Below are positions 1-9,490 of a stretch of DNA of 64,000 nt, in pieces. Source of the stretch: Savitreella phatthalungensis (taxonomy: Eukaryota); NCBI GenBank assembly GCA_051599415.1, contig AP039709.1, forward strand, positions 1 to 64,000, read 5' to 3'. Position 1 is the stretch's first letter. Each line of letters starts with the position of its first letter. The position numbers and the translations under genes are program-made. The notes under the pieces were generated by a model. It made no database searches and had not been told where the DNA came from. It saw only the letters and a program-made list of their open reading frames with translations.

Positions 1-73
1 TGTACCTGTACTCTACTTCGTTCAGTTACGTATTGCTAAGGTTAAGACTACTTTCTGCCTTTGCGAGAACAGC
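1..73 (+). other. Sequencing artefact: Oxford Nanopore adapter plus native barcode (NB06-type) left in the assembly
   Basis: TACTTCGTTCAGTTACGTATTGCT (14-37) is the ONT ligation adapter. It is followed by the flank AAGGTTAA (38-45), the 24-mer GACTACTTTCTGCCTTTGCGAGAA (46-69) and the start of the CAGC(ACCT) flank, all outside the telomere. Confidence 0.95.
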
Positions 74-132
74 TAACCCTAACCCTAACCCTAACCCTAA
101 CCCTAACCCTAACCCTAACCCTAACCCTAACC

Positions 133-186
<54 letters not shown>

Positions 187-205
187 CCCTAACCCTAACC
201 CTAAC
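73..205 (+). repeat. Telomeric repeat (CCCTAA)n, ~22 units (TTAGGG type)
   Basis: Tandem CCCTAA with two CCCTAAA variants. The C-rich strand at the 5' end marks a left chromosome end. Confidence 0.98.
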
Positions 206-900
206 TCACCTGCCAAATACTGTTACCCGCATGATACCTGCCAAATGCCGTTACCTGCATGTCACCTGCCACACGCTGTTGCCTGCACTGCCATCTGTCA
301 AACATCTTTACCTGCAACACATCTGTCAAACGCCATAACCTGCAACACATCTGTCAAACGCCATTACCCGCAACACATTTGTCAAATGCCATCACCTGCC
401 AAATGCTGATGCCTGCCAATTGCCATTACCTGCACTGTCATTCTGCCAACTGCTGTTTTGTGCCCTTTCTCTGTCAAATATCCTTACTTGCACCAAATAC
501 GGTTACTTGCACCATCATCTGCTAAATGCTGTTACCTGCACCGTCACCTGACCCACTGCCCTGCTCTGTGGCCTGGCATTTGTCAAACCCTTGATCTGCC
601 AATCGCTGTTCACCTGTCATCTCCTGTTTTCTGTTTCTGTCACTCACTGTTGCCTGGACTGTGCCCTGTTTCATCACTGCACTGCCATCTGTCAAATGCT
701 GTCATCTGTTAAACACTGCAACATCACTTGATGTGTCATTCCTGCACTGTCACTTGTCACTGTCATTTGTCACCTGGCCCTGCCACTGTCTCTGTCTCTG
801 CTTGTTATAAACACCACCTGCTTGGCCCTGGCCCTACCCTGTTGCCTGCATTCTCTTTGCTCTGTCTGTAATTGGCACTGGCGCCTGTTGTGCAACATCA
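206..900. repeat. Telomere-associated degenerate minisatellite (~28-bp unit built from ACCTG/ATCTG sub-repeats)
   Basis: Near-identical units ACCTGCAACACATCTGTCAAACGCCAT(A/T) at 310-393. Recurrent CACCTGCCAAATG and TTACCTGCAC motifs decay toward ~900. The tract is G-poor and CpG-poor. Confidence 0.85.
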
Positions 901-1670
901 ATTAACTGCAATTGACTGCAATGTCACTTGGCATGTACTGTTTTCTCCACTGTCGCTTGTCAAATGCATTTCTTCCACTGCGCTGTGCCCTTCCTCTCAC
1001 AACTGACTCTAATTTAGTCTCACTTGCTCCTACTGCCTCTGATGTTGCGCATGCTGGCTGCCAACTGTATTGATTTTGCATTATGTTAATGCAGCTTGAC
1101 AAGTTCTCGTACCGCGGCTTGATCGGATATCTTTGGTCAGGATTCCGGGCTATTGCCCTTGCCTTTGTGCCTTTACAAACATCTACTGCTGCCAACCATG
1201 CCCTTGAGTCCAACCAGGCTTTGTATTGATGCCCTCAAATTCATGCCCTTGCATATTATGTCCGTAGATTCAGTTCCATGCCTCAAATTACCCGCGGCAG
1301 ACGGGCTGAAGCCGAATTGCGCTCAGGGAGACTTGCTGTAAATGCCTCGAAATCAATTGCACCACTGTTCGAACTAGTGTGAAGTGAGTAGGTGTGTGTA
1401 TTAGGTTACGTAGACCTACGGTGCACACGTGTATATATACAGTCAAGCGAAAAGGTGATCAGTGATCAGTGGACAAGATCGTAGTTGTAACAACTAGCTT
1501 GTGCCAAGGCCAGCCACTGTGGAGCCGCGGGAGGACGATCTCACCCTACGCGGGCATGGAGGTAGGAAGTCAGATCACCATGGTCTGGATTCCTCGAGGT
1601 CCAGCAGGGGCAAAGGATTAGTCTTCAAACGTGCAGCCCGGACTTGCTGTGCAATACTGTTGTCGTTACG

Positions 1671-2000
1671 ATGAACATCGTGATCCAGCTGGCGCTGATC
1701 ACTGGCGTAGCAGTTATTGTGGCCGTCTTAAGTCTCCAGATACGCAAAATTCTTGTGGAAGTTTCACAAAATACGCGCTCGACCTTGGAGAGACGCAACG
1801 TCAAAATCTCTCGAGACGGTGTCCGGCTCGGTGTGAAATCCAAATCGCGTCAGGAGGTAGTAGATGACGCTCGCGGCGTCTTGTACTCCGGCTACCAAAG
1901 CGCGACGATGAAGGGATTGGACAATACCTGGTTTGGCAAGGGTTATGGGTGGGCAAGTAGTTCAGGACAGAACGATCAGGGGGGAAACTCGGCAGATTAA
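1671..2000 (+). CDS. Small hypothetical membrane-anchored protein (109 aa)
   Basis: ATG at 1671 with an N-terminal hydrophobic helix. The segment NVKISRDGVRLGVK resembles a family of small fungal hypothetical proteins (from recall). Confidence 0.6.
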   Translation: MNIVIQLALITGVAVIVAVLSLQIRKILVEVSQNTRSTLERRNVKISRDGVRLGVKSKSRQEVVDDARGVLYSGYQSATMKGLDNTWFGKGYGWASSSGQNDQGGNSAD

Positions 2001-2028
2001 ATCGAATACTGGCTCACCCCTGGCCGCA

Positions 2029-4569
2029 TCACTTCTTCTGCTTCGAAGATCCTGCCCGCTTGGCAGCGGACTTTGCTGTGGTCTTCTTGCTGGCGACTTT
2101 GATCGATTTGTCCTTGGTGATATCTTCTTCGCGGTCCTCCTGCTCCTCGTCATCTGCCGGGACTTCTTCATCCTGCTCAATCGCGTCCTCGATGTCTGGC
2201 ACAGCGTCTGCCGATACGAGTCGCTTGGGCGCGGCCGTGCTGCCGACATCAATGAACGGCGTATTGTGCGGCTGCTTGTTGTACTGACGCGTAAAAGCAG
2301 CTTTGATTGTTGAGGGAATGTCAACATCAGACCCAATGACAAGCTCACCAAGATTGTCATAGTCCTCGCGTGAAATATAGTAGTCGTCCATAAAGTCAAT
2401 GACGGCTCCAATGTCTTCCGTGACGCGCTTGACGGTGCGTGCATAGAAAGCAGGGATATAGTCGCGTCTGATCTCACCACGATCTGCGGACACCTTCAGA
2501 GAGACATGTGTCCGTACCTCGCGCAGAAGTCTATATGCCTTAGATGTCTTGGACATATTGCCAAGCACGGAGGTGAAGCCATAGCGCCCTTCGGCAGCAC
2601 CAGCGACAAAGCTTGCCGGCCTTACGCACGAGAAGACGGCATGCACGGGCATGAGAGACCAGTGCTGTTGTGGACCATGGATCATGGCATCGACCAGGTC
2701 GCCGTCGGAAATACTAGCAGCTGCACGCGACGCCATACCGAGCCTTTTGGCCGAGGCCGTTCGCAGGTAATTCTCTTGCAGCATGAGATAGGACATCTCA
2801 TGGTCATTGAAGTAGAGCTCCGAGCGCTCTGCCACAGTCGCGCGCGACGAGCTCAGCAGCCTCGAGCAGATATCCCATGGCTTGAGTACCACGTGCTTGC
2901 GCGGGGTCTGTGTGGCCGTTTCCTGGTCGAGGGTTGTCTGGGTGAGTCTCCAGGTGCTCAGGTGATTGAGGATTTGTCGGAGGTCCCCACCAGTGCCTTC
3001 GACAAGGTTATCAGCTGCCTGTGGCGTGATAGAAATACCCTCGCGATAGCAGATTGTCATGATTCGCGACCGAACCATGTCTTTTGTCGGCCTGCTGAAG
3101 CGTATGTCGAAGGTTGTGCGATCCAGGGGCTTGAGCTTAGGCGAGGAACGGTCGTTGCAAATGCAGATGATGGGTATCTGCGTTTTGCGAATCACAGCAT
3201 TGAGCGCGCCAACGCCGCCTCGATCACCTGCGCTCATGCCATCCACCTCATCCATGATGAGTACAAGGCGCTTGGTGCCCACAAGAGAGGTATTTGTGAC
3301 AACTCCCCGGAGAGAGCCCTCGAGAAGCTTCTTGCTGCGCGTATCTGAAGCATTGAGCTCAATTACGTCGTAACCTGCCTCCCTAGCTGCAAGATGCGCG
3401 CTGGTCGTCTTCCCAAGGCCCGGAGCTCCGCTCACTAGCACGGCGCGGAAGGCACCCATTCCGTCTGCGCCTCCCTTCCGGAAGCTGTTGCGCAAGCTGA
3501 TCGGGAAGTCCCTGAGAAACTTGACAATGCGCTCGACATTAGCCTTGTTGCCGACGACGTCTTTCAGAGAGCGAGGTGCGTGCTTGACCGTCCAAAGCTG
3601 TGTAGATGGCTCCACAATCCGTGCGCCTTGAGCCGCCTGTTTTCTGAGATCTTCCTTTTGTTCGCGTTCGAGTTCCTTAGCGCGCATCCGTGCTCCTTCA
3701 TCCTCCTTGTCCTTTTTGGCTTGCGCCTTTTCAGCAGCTTGTGTATTGCCGCCACCTGCCGGCATGCTGGAAATGAGCTGGAGAAGGCCGGCTTCATCTA
3801 TCATCTTGACTCCCAATTTGCGCACCTTGTCGATCTTATTTGGACCAGCCTCAGCGCCAACAACGACAAAGTCCGTATTCTTCGAAGGCGCCGTCGTAAC
3901 TCGTGCGCCATATTTCTTGACAAGCTCCTGAGCATCCCCACGCTCAAGAGTCGGGAGCACACCGGTGAATACGAAGGTAAGTCCCAACAAACAGTCCAAG
4001 TTGCCTTGCGGCAATAGATCACCATTGATGCTGCCGCCCGTTGTCACAGTCTGAGCAGTAGCTTTGCCTACAACGGCACGCTTCGTCGCAGCCTCTCTGT
4101 CCATGGTCGAAATCGGCTGTGCAGCCGGAATTGCATCTAGAATCGCCTGCACGTCCAAGTGCGTCGTGGCTTGCGGAACCGCTGCCTTCCTGGGCGTTGT
4201 AATTGTTTTCGCCAAGGGCTGCTTCGGGCTCACAACCGGCTTGCGAGGACTCGGGGTGGACCTTGCACGCTTCGGCGAAGGCTCTAAGTCAACAGTCTCT
4301 TGCTGTTTACGCTTGCACTTCGGCGGCGGCGGTGGAGGAATGGCTTCGTCGAAGTCCAGATCGATGCTGCCGTACTCATCGTCATGTTGCACTGGTACAT
4401 CAGACTTTGCCCTCGTGCTCCTTCGGACCTTGCCAAAGACCTGCGCTGGCTGTGCAGTCGTCGCCTGATTCGTGAGCACATTAGATTCTTCGTCTTCGTC
4501 CGATTCTTGTACAACACGCCTGTTCTTAGACGCTCTCTTTGCACCAAAGAAATCCCGAATGTCGGGCAT
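2029..4569 (-). CDS. RFC1: Replication factor C subunit 1
   Basis: MPDIRDFFG start, BRCT domain (GLTFVFTGVLPTLER), Walker A GAPGLGKTT, Walker B DEVDGMSAGDRGG, and the C-terminal RFC1 domain (QQHWSLMPVHAVFSCVRP). Confidence 0.97.
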   Translation of the reverse strand: MPDIRDFFGAKRASKNRRVVQESDEDEESNVLTNQATTAQPAQVFGKVRRSTRAKSDVPVQHDDEYGSIDLDFDEAIPPPPPPKCKRKQQETVDLEPSPKRARSTPSPRKPVVSPKQPLAKTITTPRKAAVPQATTHLDVQAILDAIPAAQPISTMDREAATKRAVVGKATAQTVTTGGSINGDLLPQGNLDCLLGLTFVFTGVLPTLERGDAQELVKKYGARVTTAPSKNTDFVVVGAEAGPNKIDKVRKLGVKMIDEAGLLQLISSMPAGGGNTQAAEKAQAKKDKEDEGARMRAKELEREQKEDLRKQAAQGARIVEPSTQLWTVKHAPRSLKDVVGNKANVERIVKFLRDFPISLRNSFRKGGADGMGAFRAVLVSGAPGLGKTTSAHLAAREAGYDVIELNASDTRSKKLLEGSLRGVVTNTSLVGTKRLVLIMDEVDGMSAGDRGGVGALNAVIRKTQIPIICICNDRSSPKLKPLDRTTFDIRFSRPTKDMVRSRIMTICYREGISITPQAADNLVEGTGGDLRQILNHLSTWRLTQTTLDQETATQTPRKHVVLKPWDICSRLLSSSRATVAERSELYFNDHEMSYLMLQENYLRTASAKRLGMASRAAASISDGDLVDAMIHGPQQHWSLMPVHAVFSCVRPASFVAGAAEGRYGFTSVLGNMSKTSKAYRLLREVRTHVSLKVSADRGEIRRDYIPAFYARTVKRVTEDIGAVIDFMDDYYISREDYDNLGELVIGSDVDIPSTIKAAFTRQYNKQPHNTPFIDVGSTAAPKRLVSADAVPDIEDAIEQDEEVPADDEEQEDREEDITKDKSIKVASKKTTAKSAAKRAGSSKQKK

Positions 4570-4740
4570 AGTGATGTTGTCCTCTTGCTGTGGATGTCCA
4601 GGTGGAATCAGAGACGGGCCGGAAGCTGTAAGCTGCAAGATTCCGGCCTGCAGACGGAAGCGAAAGGATGACGTCCGACCGAATTAACGACGCCGAGTTT
4701 CGTGTCGTCTTGATGTTGATAGCCGGACAATGAACCTATG

Positions 4741-4746
4741 ACGCGT
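4741..4746. promoter_or_regulatory. Putative MCB element (ACGCGT) upstream of RFC1
   Basis: Exact MluI box ~170 bp upstream of a DNA-replication gene, with a second CGCG core at ~4781. Confidence 0.4.
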
Positions 4747-5458
4747 GCGAGATTTCTTCCCCGAGTATTTGCGTCCAGGACGCGCCTGTGGCACAGTCAT
4801 TACACTCGAGGCCCGGAGGCATCTGGAGCTTCGTGAGGCCGGCTCACTGGGGTGACAGTGGCACTTAGGATACACTAATATCTGGGCTGCTTGACATAAG
4901 TTTGATCTTTCCTGAATTTATGCAAAAACCGATCCATTGGATTTATATGCTATAGATATATAAATTAGTATGATTCTGATCGAGGACGCTTGATGCCCAA
5001 ATTTAAGCCTATGGACGACATGCAGGCTTATGGACATGTACATGGATGGGACGATTAGTGCGATACGCATGCTTTCTCATCATCGAGCCAGCTTCTTTTC
5101 AATCCCGATGGATTGTGACTGATGCCACAGTCTCGCTAGTGCAAGACCTTTGCGCTCGAGAGCTGGAACTAAGACGAGATTTGATCGATGTGCATGCGAG
5201 TGGAACTCGGCCGATTCAGCCGCTGGCTTGCCGCTGAAGCATTCGCCGAATAGTAACTAAAGTGCACCAGTATTGAAACTCACTATAACGCATGCGCTTT
5301 CGTATTTATTGCGTACTCCCTGTATCACCAATATCGTCCATCTGTACGCATTCGATCATACATATTTGCGCATATATTTTGATACATGCAGGCTAAGAGT
5401 CTCCACAATTTCACCGTCAGTCTATTCTTAGCAGCGTAAACAAAGATCACGAGCCAGC

Positions 5459-7453
5459 ATGTCTCTCGTGCCGATTGAGGCGCGCGGCAGGACAGGCCCT
5501 CTGGCTGTGGGCGGTGGTAGGATTGCGTATGCGAGCGGCTGCCATGTGATCGTTAGTAGGCTTGTCGGATCCGGGCTGCTTGACAGCAGAGTCTGCGCCT
5601 TCGGTACCGCGGGCACACCCGCTGGCGCGTCACCATCGCGACGCTCGAGAGTCAAGCCTATCACGGCCGTGAGTCTGACAAGCGACGGGAAATTTCTAGC
5701 AGCTGGTGAGACGGGTCCCTCGCCTAGGCTTGGACTCTGGAATATCGACGACCTTGGAGATGATGTCAACGCGCCACTGTGGATCTCATTGTCACACTCC
5801 TTCGGCATCAGCTTTTTGCGGTTCTCCGATAGTGGCTCACGACTTTGCTCTGTGGGGACAACTCATGATGGGTTTGTTCATGTCTTTGGGTTGACGAAGA
5901 ACGCCGCAGTGTGCCTAGCTACCAACCGAGTCACGAGCGAAGTTCGAGCGGTCCGATGGCTTTCCGCAGATACTGTCCTTGTACTGGGCGTGCGGCTGGC
6001 AAAGACTTTCCGCCTAGCTGAAGACGCACATGTGGGTAATGCCGATGACGAATCATTACGTCAAATCGCCGTGCTAGAAGCTCGACAGATCATCTTGGGA
6101 AAGCACCTCTCAGAGACCTTCATCGGCGCAATGATCTACGATGGCCGAGTCAGACTCGTCTCTGCTTCTGGAGTGCTTGGCTTCGTATGCAAAACGACGA
6201 GGTCATTCGTGCCAGAAGCATTAGTTCAGTCCAATTTGGTCGCTGCGGTCTCGTGGCACAGTCGCTTGGTGTTTGCAAGTCAGCACGGCCTGAGCACATG
6301 CAACGCGTCTCTATCCAACTCTCCAATAGACAGTGTTGAGTCTCTCGGTGATGACTTGGTTTTGGGGCTCGAGGGTGGCGGCATATCAGTCTTGACCGAG
6401 ACGAGTGAGATCAGCTTGATAGAAAGCATGGAACTCGCCGGAGCGGATGGCTCGCAGCTAGTCACTCGGATGGGTCGCGTTCTAGATGGCGAGACTGCGT
6501 GGCAAGTGGGCAAGACTGTAACATGCATTGCGAAAGGGCCAGTCATTGGAACAGAAGATGGCTGCGTGCTTGATGAGACAACATCGCCTTTGCTGCTACA
6601 CGAAAGTTCTGTGCGAGCCATCGCGACTGACGGGATTTTATTCGCTAGCTACTCTGGCGACCGCAAACTTGCTATACTACATCGGAGTGCAACGGGTGAG
6701 CTCGATTTGATACAAACCTGGTCTGATGCACGCAGCAGTATCACATGGGCAGGGGTGGTGGATCGTCATAATGTTTTGGTGGCGACTCTCGATCGAACGC
6801 TGAAGCTTCTGGCTCGAACAAGTGACGTAGAGGCATTCGAAGTACGCACAGCTTCGGACCTGAAAGCCACAGTGATCACGGGCGCGATCGATGGCGAACT
6901 TTTGTTCCTTGCATGTCGCGACAAGACTATCATCACCGGCGGGTTGTCACTCAGAATGACTTGTCTGACGAGATTGGATGACGTGGCGGACGCCCTATGC
7001 ATCTCCCACGAGCATCTGATCTGCGCGTCAAGTCTGGGGCGCTCTGTCATTGTCCTAAATAAACTGACGAGTCGACAGATCGCTCGTCAGGATCATATCG
7101 GTGCTCTGGTCACAGTCGAAGGACTGACAGGCGACTTATTCCGTACGGCGACGGAGGATGGACAGATCCGGGTGTGGAAGATTGTAGCACCGGAAAGCGC
7201 GCGCTCGACGTCTCCGAAAAAGCTTCTACATTTTCCCCTGCGACGCTCTGGCTCGAGTCAGTCAGTCAATACACAGACGCCAGCCAGGTCGCGCGTACTT
7301 CGTCCGAAGGAAGACAACTCCCGCAGCAGAACGGAGGATGTCGTTGCACAAACCTTGGCCAATCTCCGCTTGCTCAGAGAATCGCATCTGCATCCGGACG
7401 ATCGAGCGATGCTCGAGCTTGCATCGCGATTTTTGACGCGTGCAAGCGAATGA
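5459..7453 (+). CDS. WD40-repeat protein, WDR62/MAPKBP1-like
   Basis: 664-aa ORF. ITAVSLTSDGKFLAAGETG, HSFGISFLRFS and LCSVGTTHDGFVHV resemble the N-terminal WD repeats of this family. Confidence 0.7.
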   Translation: MSLVPIEARGRTGPLAVGGGRIAYASGCHVIVSRLVGSGLLDSRVCAFGTAGTPAGASPSRRSRVKPITAVSLTSDGKFLAAGETGPSPRLGLWNIDDLGDDVNAPLWISLSHSFGISFLRFSDSGSRLCSVGTTHDGFVHVFGLTKNAAVCLATNRVTSEVRAVRWLSADTVLVLGVRLAKTFRLAEDAHVGNADDESLRQIAVLEARQIILGKHLSETFIGAMIYDGRVRLVSASGVLGFVCKTTRSFVPEALVQSNLVAAVSWHSRLVFASQHGLSTCNASLSNSPIDSVESLGDDLVLGLEGGGISVLTETSEISLIESMELAGADGSQLVTRMGRVLDGETAWQVGKTVTCIAKGPVIGTEDGCVLDETTSPLLLHESSVRAIATDGILFASYSGDRKLAILHRSATGELDLIQTWSDARSSITWAGVVDRHNVLVATLDRTLKLLARTSDVEAFEVRTASDLKATVITGAIDGELLFLACRDKTIITGGLSLRMTCLTRLDDVADALCISHEHLICASSLGRSVIVLNKLTSRQIARQDHIGALVTVEGLTGDLFRTATEDGQIRVWKIVAPESARSTSPKKLLHFPLRRSGSSQSVNTQTPARSRVLRPKEDNSRSRTEDVVAQTLANLRLLRESHLHPDDRAMLELASRFLTRASE

Positions 7454-7566
7454 TACACGTGACGGAACACTAAATTAGATGGACTGAAGACCAACCAGTG
7501 AAGCGCTATAGCTATATTTGATACCTCTTAGACGAGGTCGCGACTGCTATTTTGACGCCGCGAGTC

Positions 7567-8520
7567 ATGCCTGCGCAGAAGCGCAATGGGCTCTTCTATG
7601 CCCTTCTTGGGCTGATTGTGCTTTTCCTGATCGCGACGCTCCTCAGGCCGCTTCAAGATAGTACACCGCGCGCATCGACACGACGCAGCAAGGGCAAGCT
7701 TGTGCTTTTCACCGTAGCGAGACTCACAGATCAGGTGGACCGACCCGCTATAAGCTATGCTAAGCAATTGAAAGAGGACAGGGAACAATATTGCGCGCAG
7801 CACGAATGCACAGCCGTTTTCAAGGATGTTGACGGATACGTGCTATCGAGCAAATCGTCAAAGATGTCGCCAGACTCGTGGGGCAAAGTAGCAGCTCTCC
7901 GGGCCGTCTTGGAGGAACATCCTGACGCGGAGTGGGTTTGGTTCCTTGATTCCGAGTCGCTGATCATGGACCACAGTATCAACTTGCGTCAGACCGTGCT
8001 CGAGGACCACCGGCTCGACAAGCTTATGCAGCGGAACACGCCAATTGTGCCGCCTGACTCGCTGATCCGAACTGACAAGACCATGACGCCCAAGGACGTA
8101 TCGCTGGTTATTTCCCACGATCATGCTGGCCTGACGACGCATTCATTTGTCCTTCGTAATGACGACTTCAGCCGCTATTTATTGGATCTTTGGAATGCTC
8201 CACTCTACCGCAGCTACAACTATGACCGTCAAGAGACAGCCGCCCTCGAGCACATCGAACAGTGGCACTACACAATACTTGCGCGAACGGCTTCGGTACC
8301 GAAACGCGTGCTCGCTGGATATCTACGTGGCCAAGAAGACGAGACGTTCAGGACAGGGGATTTTGTCTTGACGCTAGATGGATGTCGGGCGCCTGGCAGA
8401 TCGTGCGAGCAGGAATTTGTGCAGCACTTGCAGCGACGTACCAATGTACAGCGGACACCGGCGACTGCTCAGGATCGAGCAAATGAAGCGCTCGCCGAGA
8501 AGGTGTTTGGAAACGTCTGA
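7567..8520 (+). CDS. Glycosyltransferase family 34 (Mnn10/Mnn11-like alpha-1,6-mannosyltransferase subunit), type II membrane protein
   Basis: N-terminal TM helix, WGKVAALR, HPDAEWVWFLD, TPIVPPDSLIRT and ETAALEHIEQWH. Confidence 0.85.
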   Translation: MPAQKRNGLFYALLGLIVLFLIATLLRPLQDSTPRASTRRSKGKLVLFTVARLTDQVDRPAISYAKQLKEDREQYCAQHECTAVFKDVDGYVLSSKSSKMSPDSWGKVAALRAVLEEHPDAEWVWFLDSESLIMDHSINLRQTVLEDHRLDKLMQRNTPIVPPDSLIRTDKTMTPKDVSLVISHDHAGLTTHSFVLRNDDFSRYLLDLWNAPLYRSYNYDRQETAALEHIEQWHYTILARTASVPKRVLAGYLRGQEDETFRTGDFVLTLDGCRAPGRSCEQEFVQHLQRRTNVQRTPATAQDRANEALAEKVFGNV

Positions 8521-8549
8521 GTCGGGGTCGACTTCAGTCGGATGAAGCC

Positions 8550-9383
8550 CTACGAAGCACTTAACGCCTCTAGAGCACGTGCTCTCCTTCTGTCTGCTTC
8601 ATTTGTACGATCAATGGCAGGACTAGAGAGTGCTTGACTGGTTCGTCGACCCAGTCGCGCGGCAATCGATCGTTCGATCGCTTTGACGACATCGGCCAGG
8701 CTTTCGGGCAGCAGATCTGCCAGCGAAAAGGTGTCCGACTGATCGCCGACAGTTTGCAATTCAACGTCCAGATCGGCATGGACCTTGAAGTATCGCAAAT
8801 AGGCCCAGCCGGTAAAAAATCCAATGACAGCCAGCGCAGCCTGGTCATAGTCGTGCTCCCAAATACTGCAGTATAGACAAATGAAGCTCAGATGTGCGAA
8901 GGGAACACGCTTGAGCCTGAACTTGATGCGATTTCGGAGCAGTGCAACCCTGTGTTCTGGAACCAGCTGCTTGAGCGCTATGAATGTGGCGACCTGAAGG
9001 TGTGGGTCACCGCTGATAGGCGCTGCCGCGACGCGGGACTTCCGTGTAATGGCGTATACAATGAAAGTAAACACGAAGCAGACGAGTGTAGACAGGCAGC
9101 CGACGACGACATAATATTTGAATAGCTCCCGAGAGCCCCAAGCACGCTCTAGATAGCGACCGGCTATTGCTGTCGTCAAAACACCGAAGCAAAAAAGCGG
9201 AAGGTCGTCGGCAAAGAAGCTCGTTGTGTACAGAGCCCACACATTGTGCCAGTCTCCTAGTCTCAACACGAACTGATCCAGCAAGGAGATTTTGAAGACC
9301 TTATGGGCCAGCGTCAGTATTGCTGACGCTCCCACGTACGCACGAGTGACTGGCGGTAGTTTCAGAGCCTCAATCCCCGTCAT
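8550..9383 (-). CDS. TMEM115/DUF1751 rhomboid-like Golgi membrane protein
   Basis: LPPVTR start, GRYLERAWGSRE, KQLVPEH, GWAYLRYFK, GDQSDTF and the C-terminal EADRRRARALEAL. Confidence 0.88.
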   Translation of the reverse strand: MTGIEALKLPPVTRAYVGASAILTLAHKVFKISLLDQFVLRLGDWHNVWALYTTSFFADDLPLFCFGVLTTAIAGRYLERAWGSRELFKYYVVVGCLSTLVCFVFTFIVYAITRKSRVAAAPISGDPHLQVATFIALKQLVPEHRVALLRNRIKFRLKRVPFAHLSFICLYCSIWEHDYDQAALAVIGFFTGWAYLRYFKVHADLDVELQTVGDQSDTFSLADLLPESLADVVKAIERSIAARLGRRTSQALSSPAIDRTNEADRRRARALEALSAS

Positions 9384-9490
9384 TAGGGATTTGTCTCTGT
9401 GCGGTATCTCTTGATGTTTTTATACGCCGAATGCACGAATAAGCAGTGCGCTTCGGTCGACGCGAATACTTCCAGGTGAAGGAGGCTGTG

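Noticed and set aside
259..1341. Cys/His-rich ORFs in the subtelomere
   Set aside because: They are translation by-products of the TG/CA-rich satellite and show no domain signature.
5114..5121. Homol-D box-like TGTGACTG
   Set aside because: A single 8-mer not adjacent to a ribosomal-protein or recognisable snoRNA gene, so likely chance.
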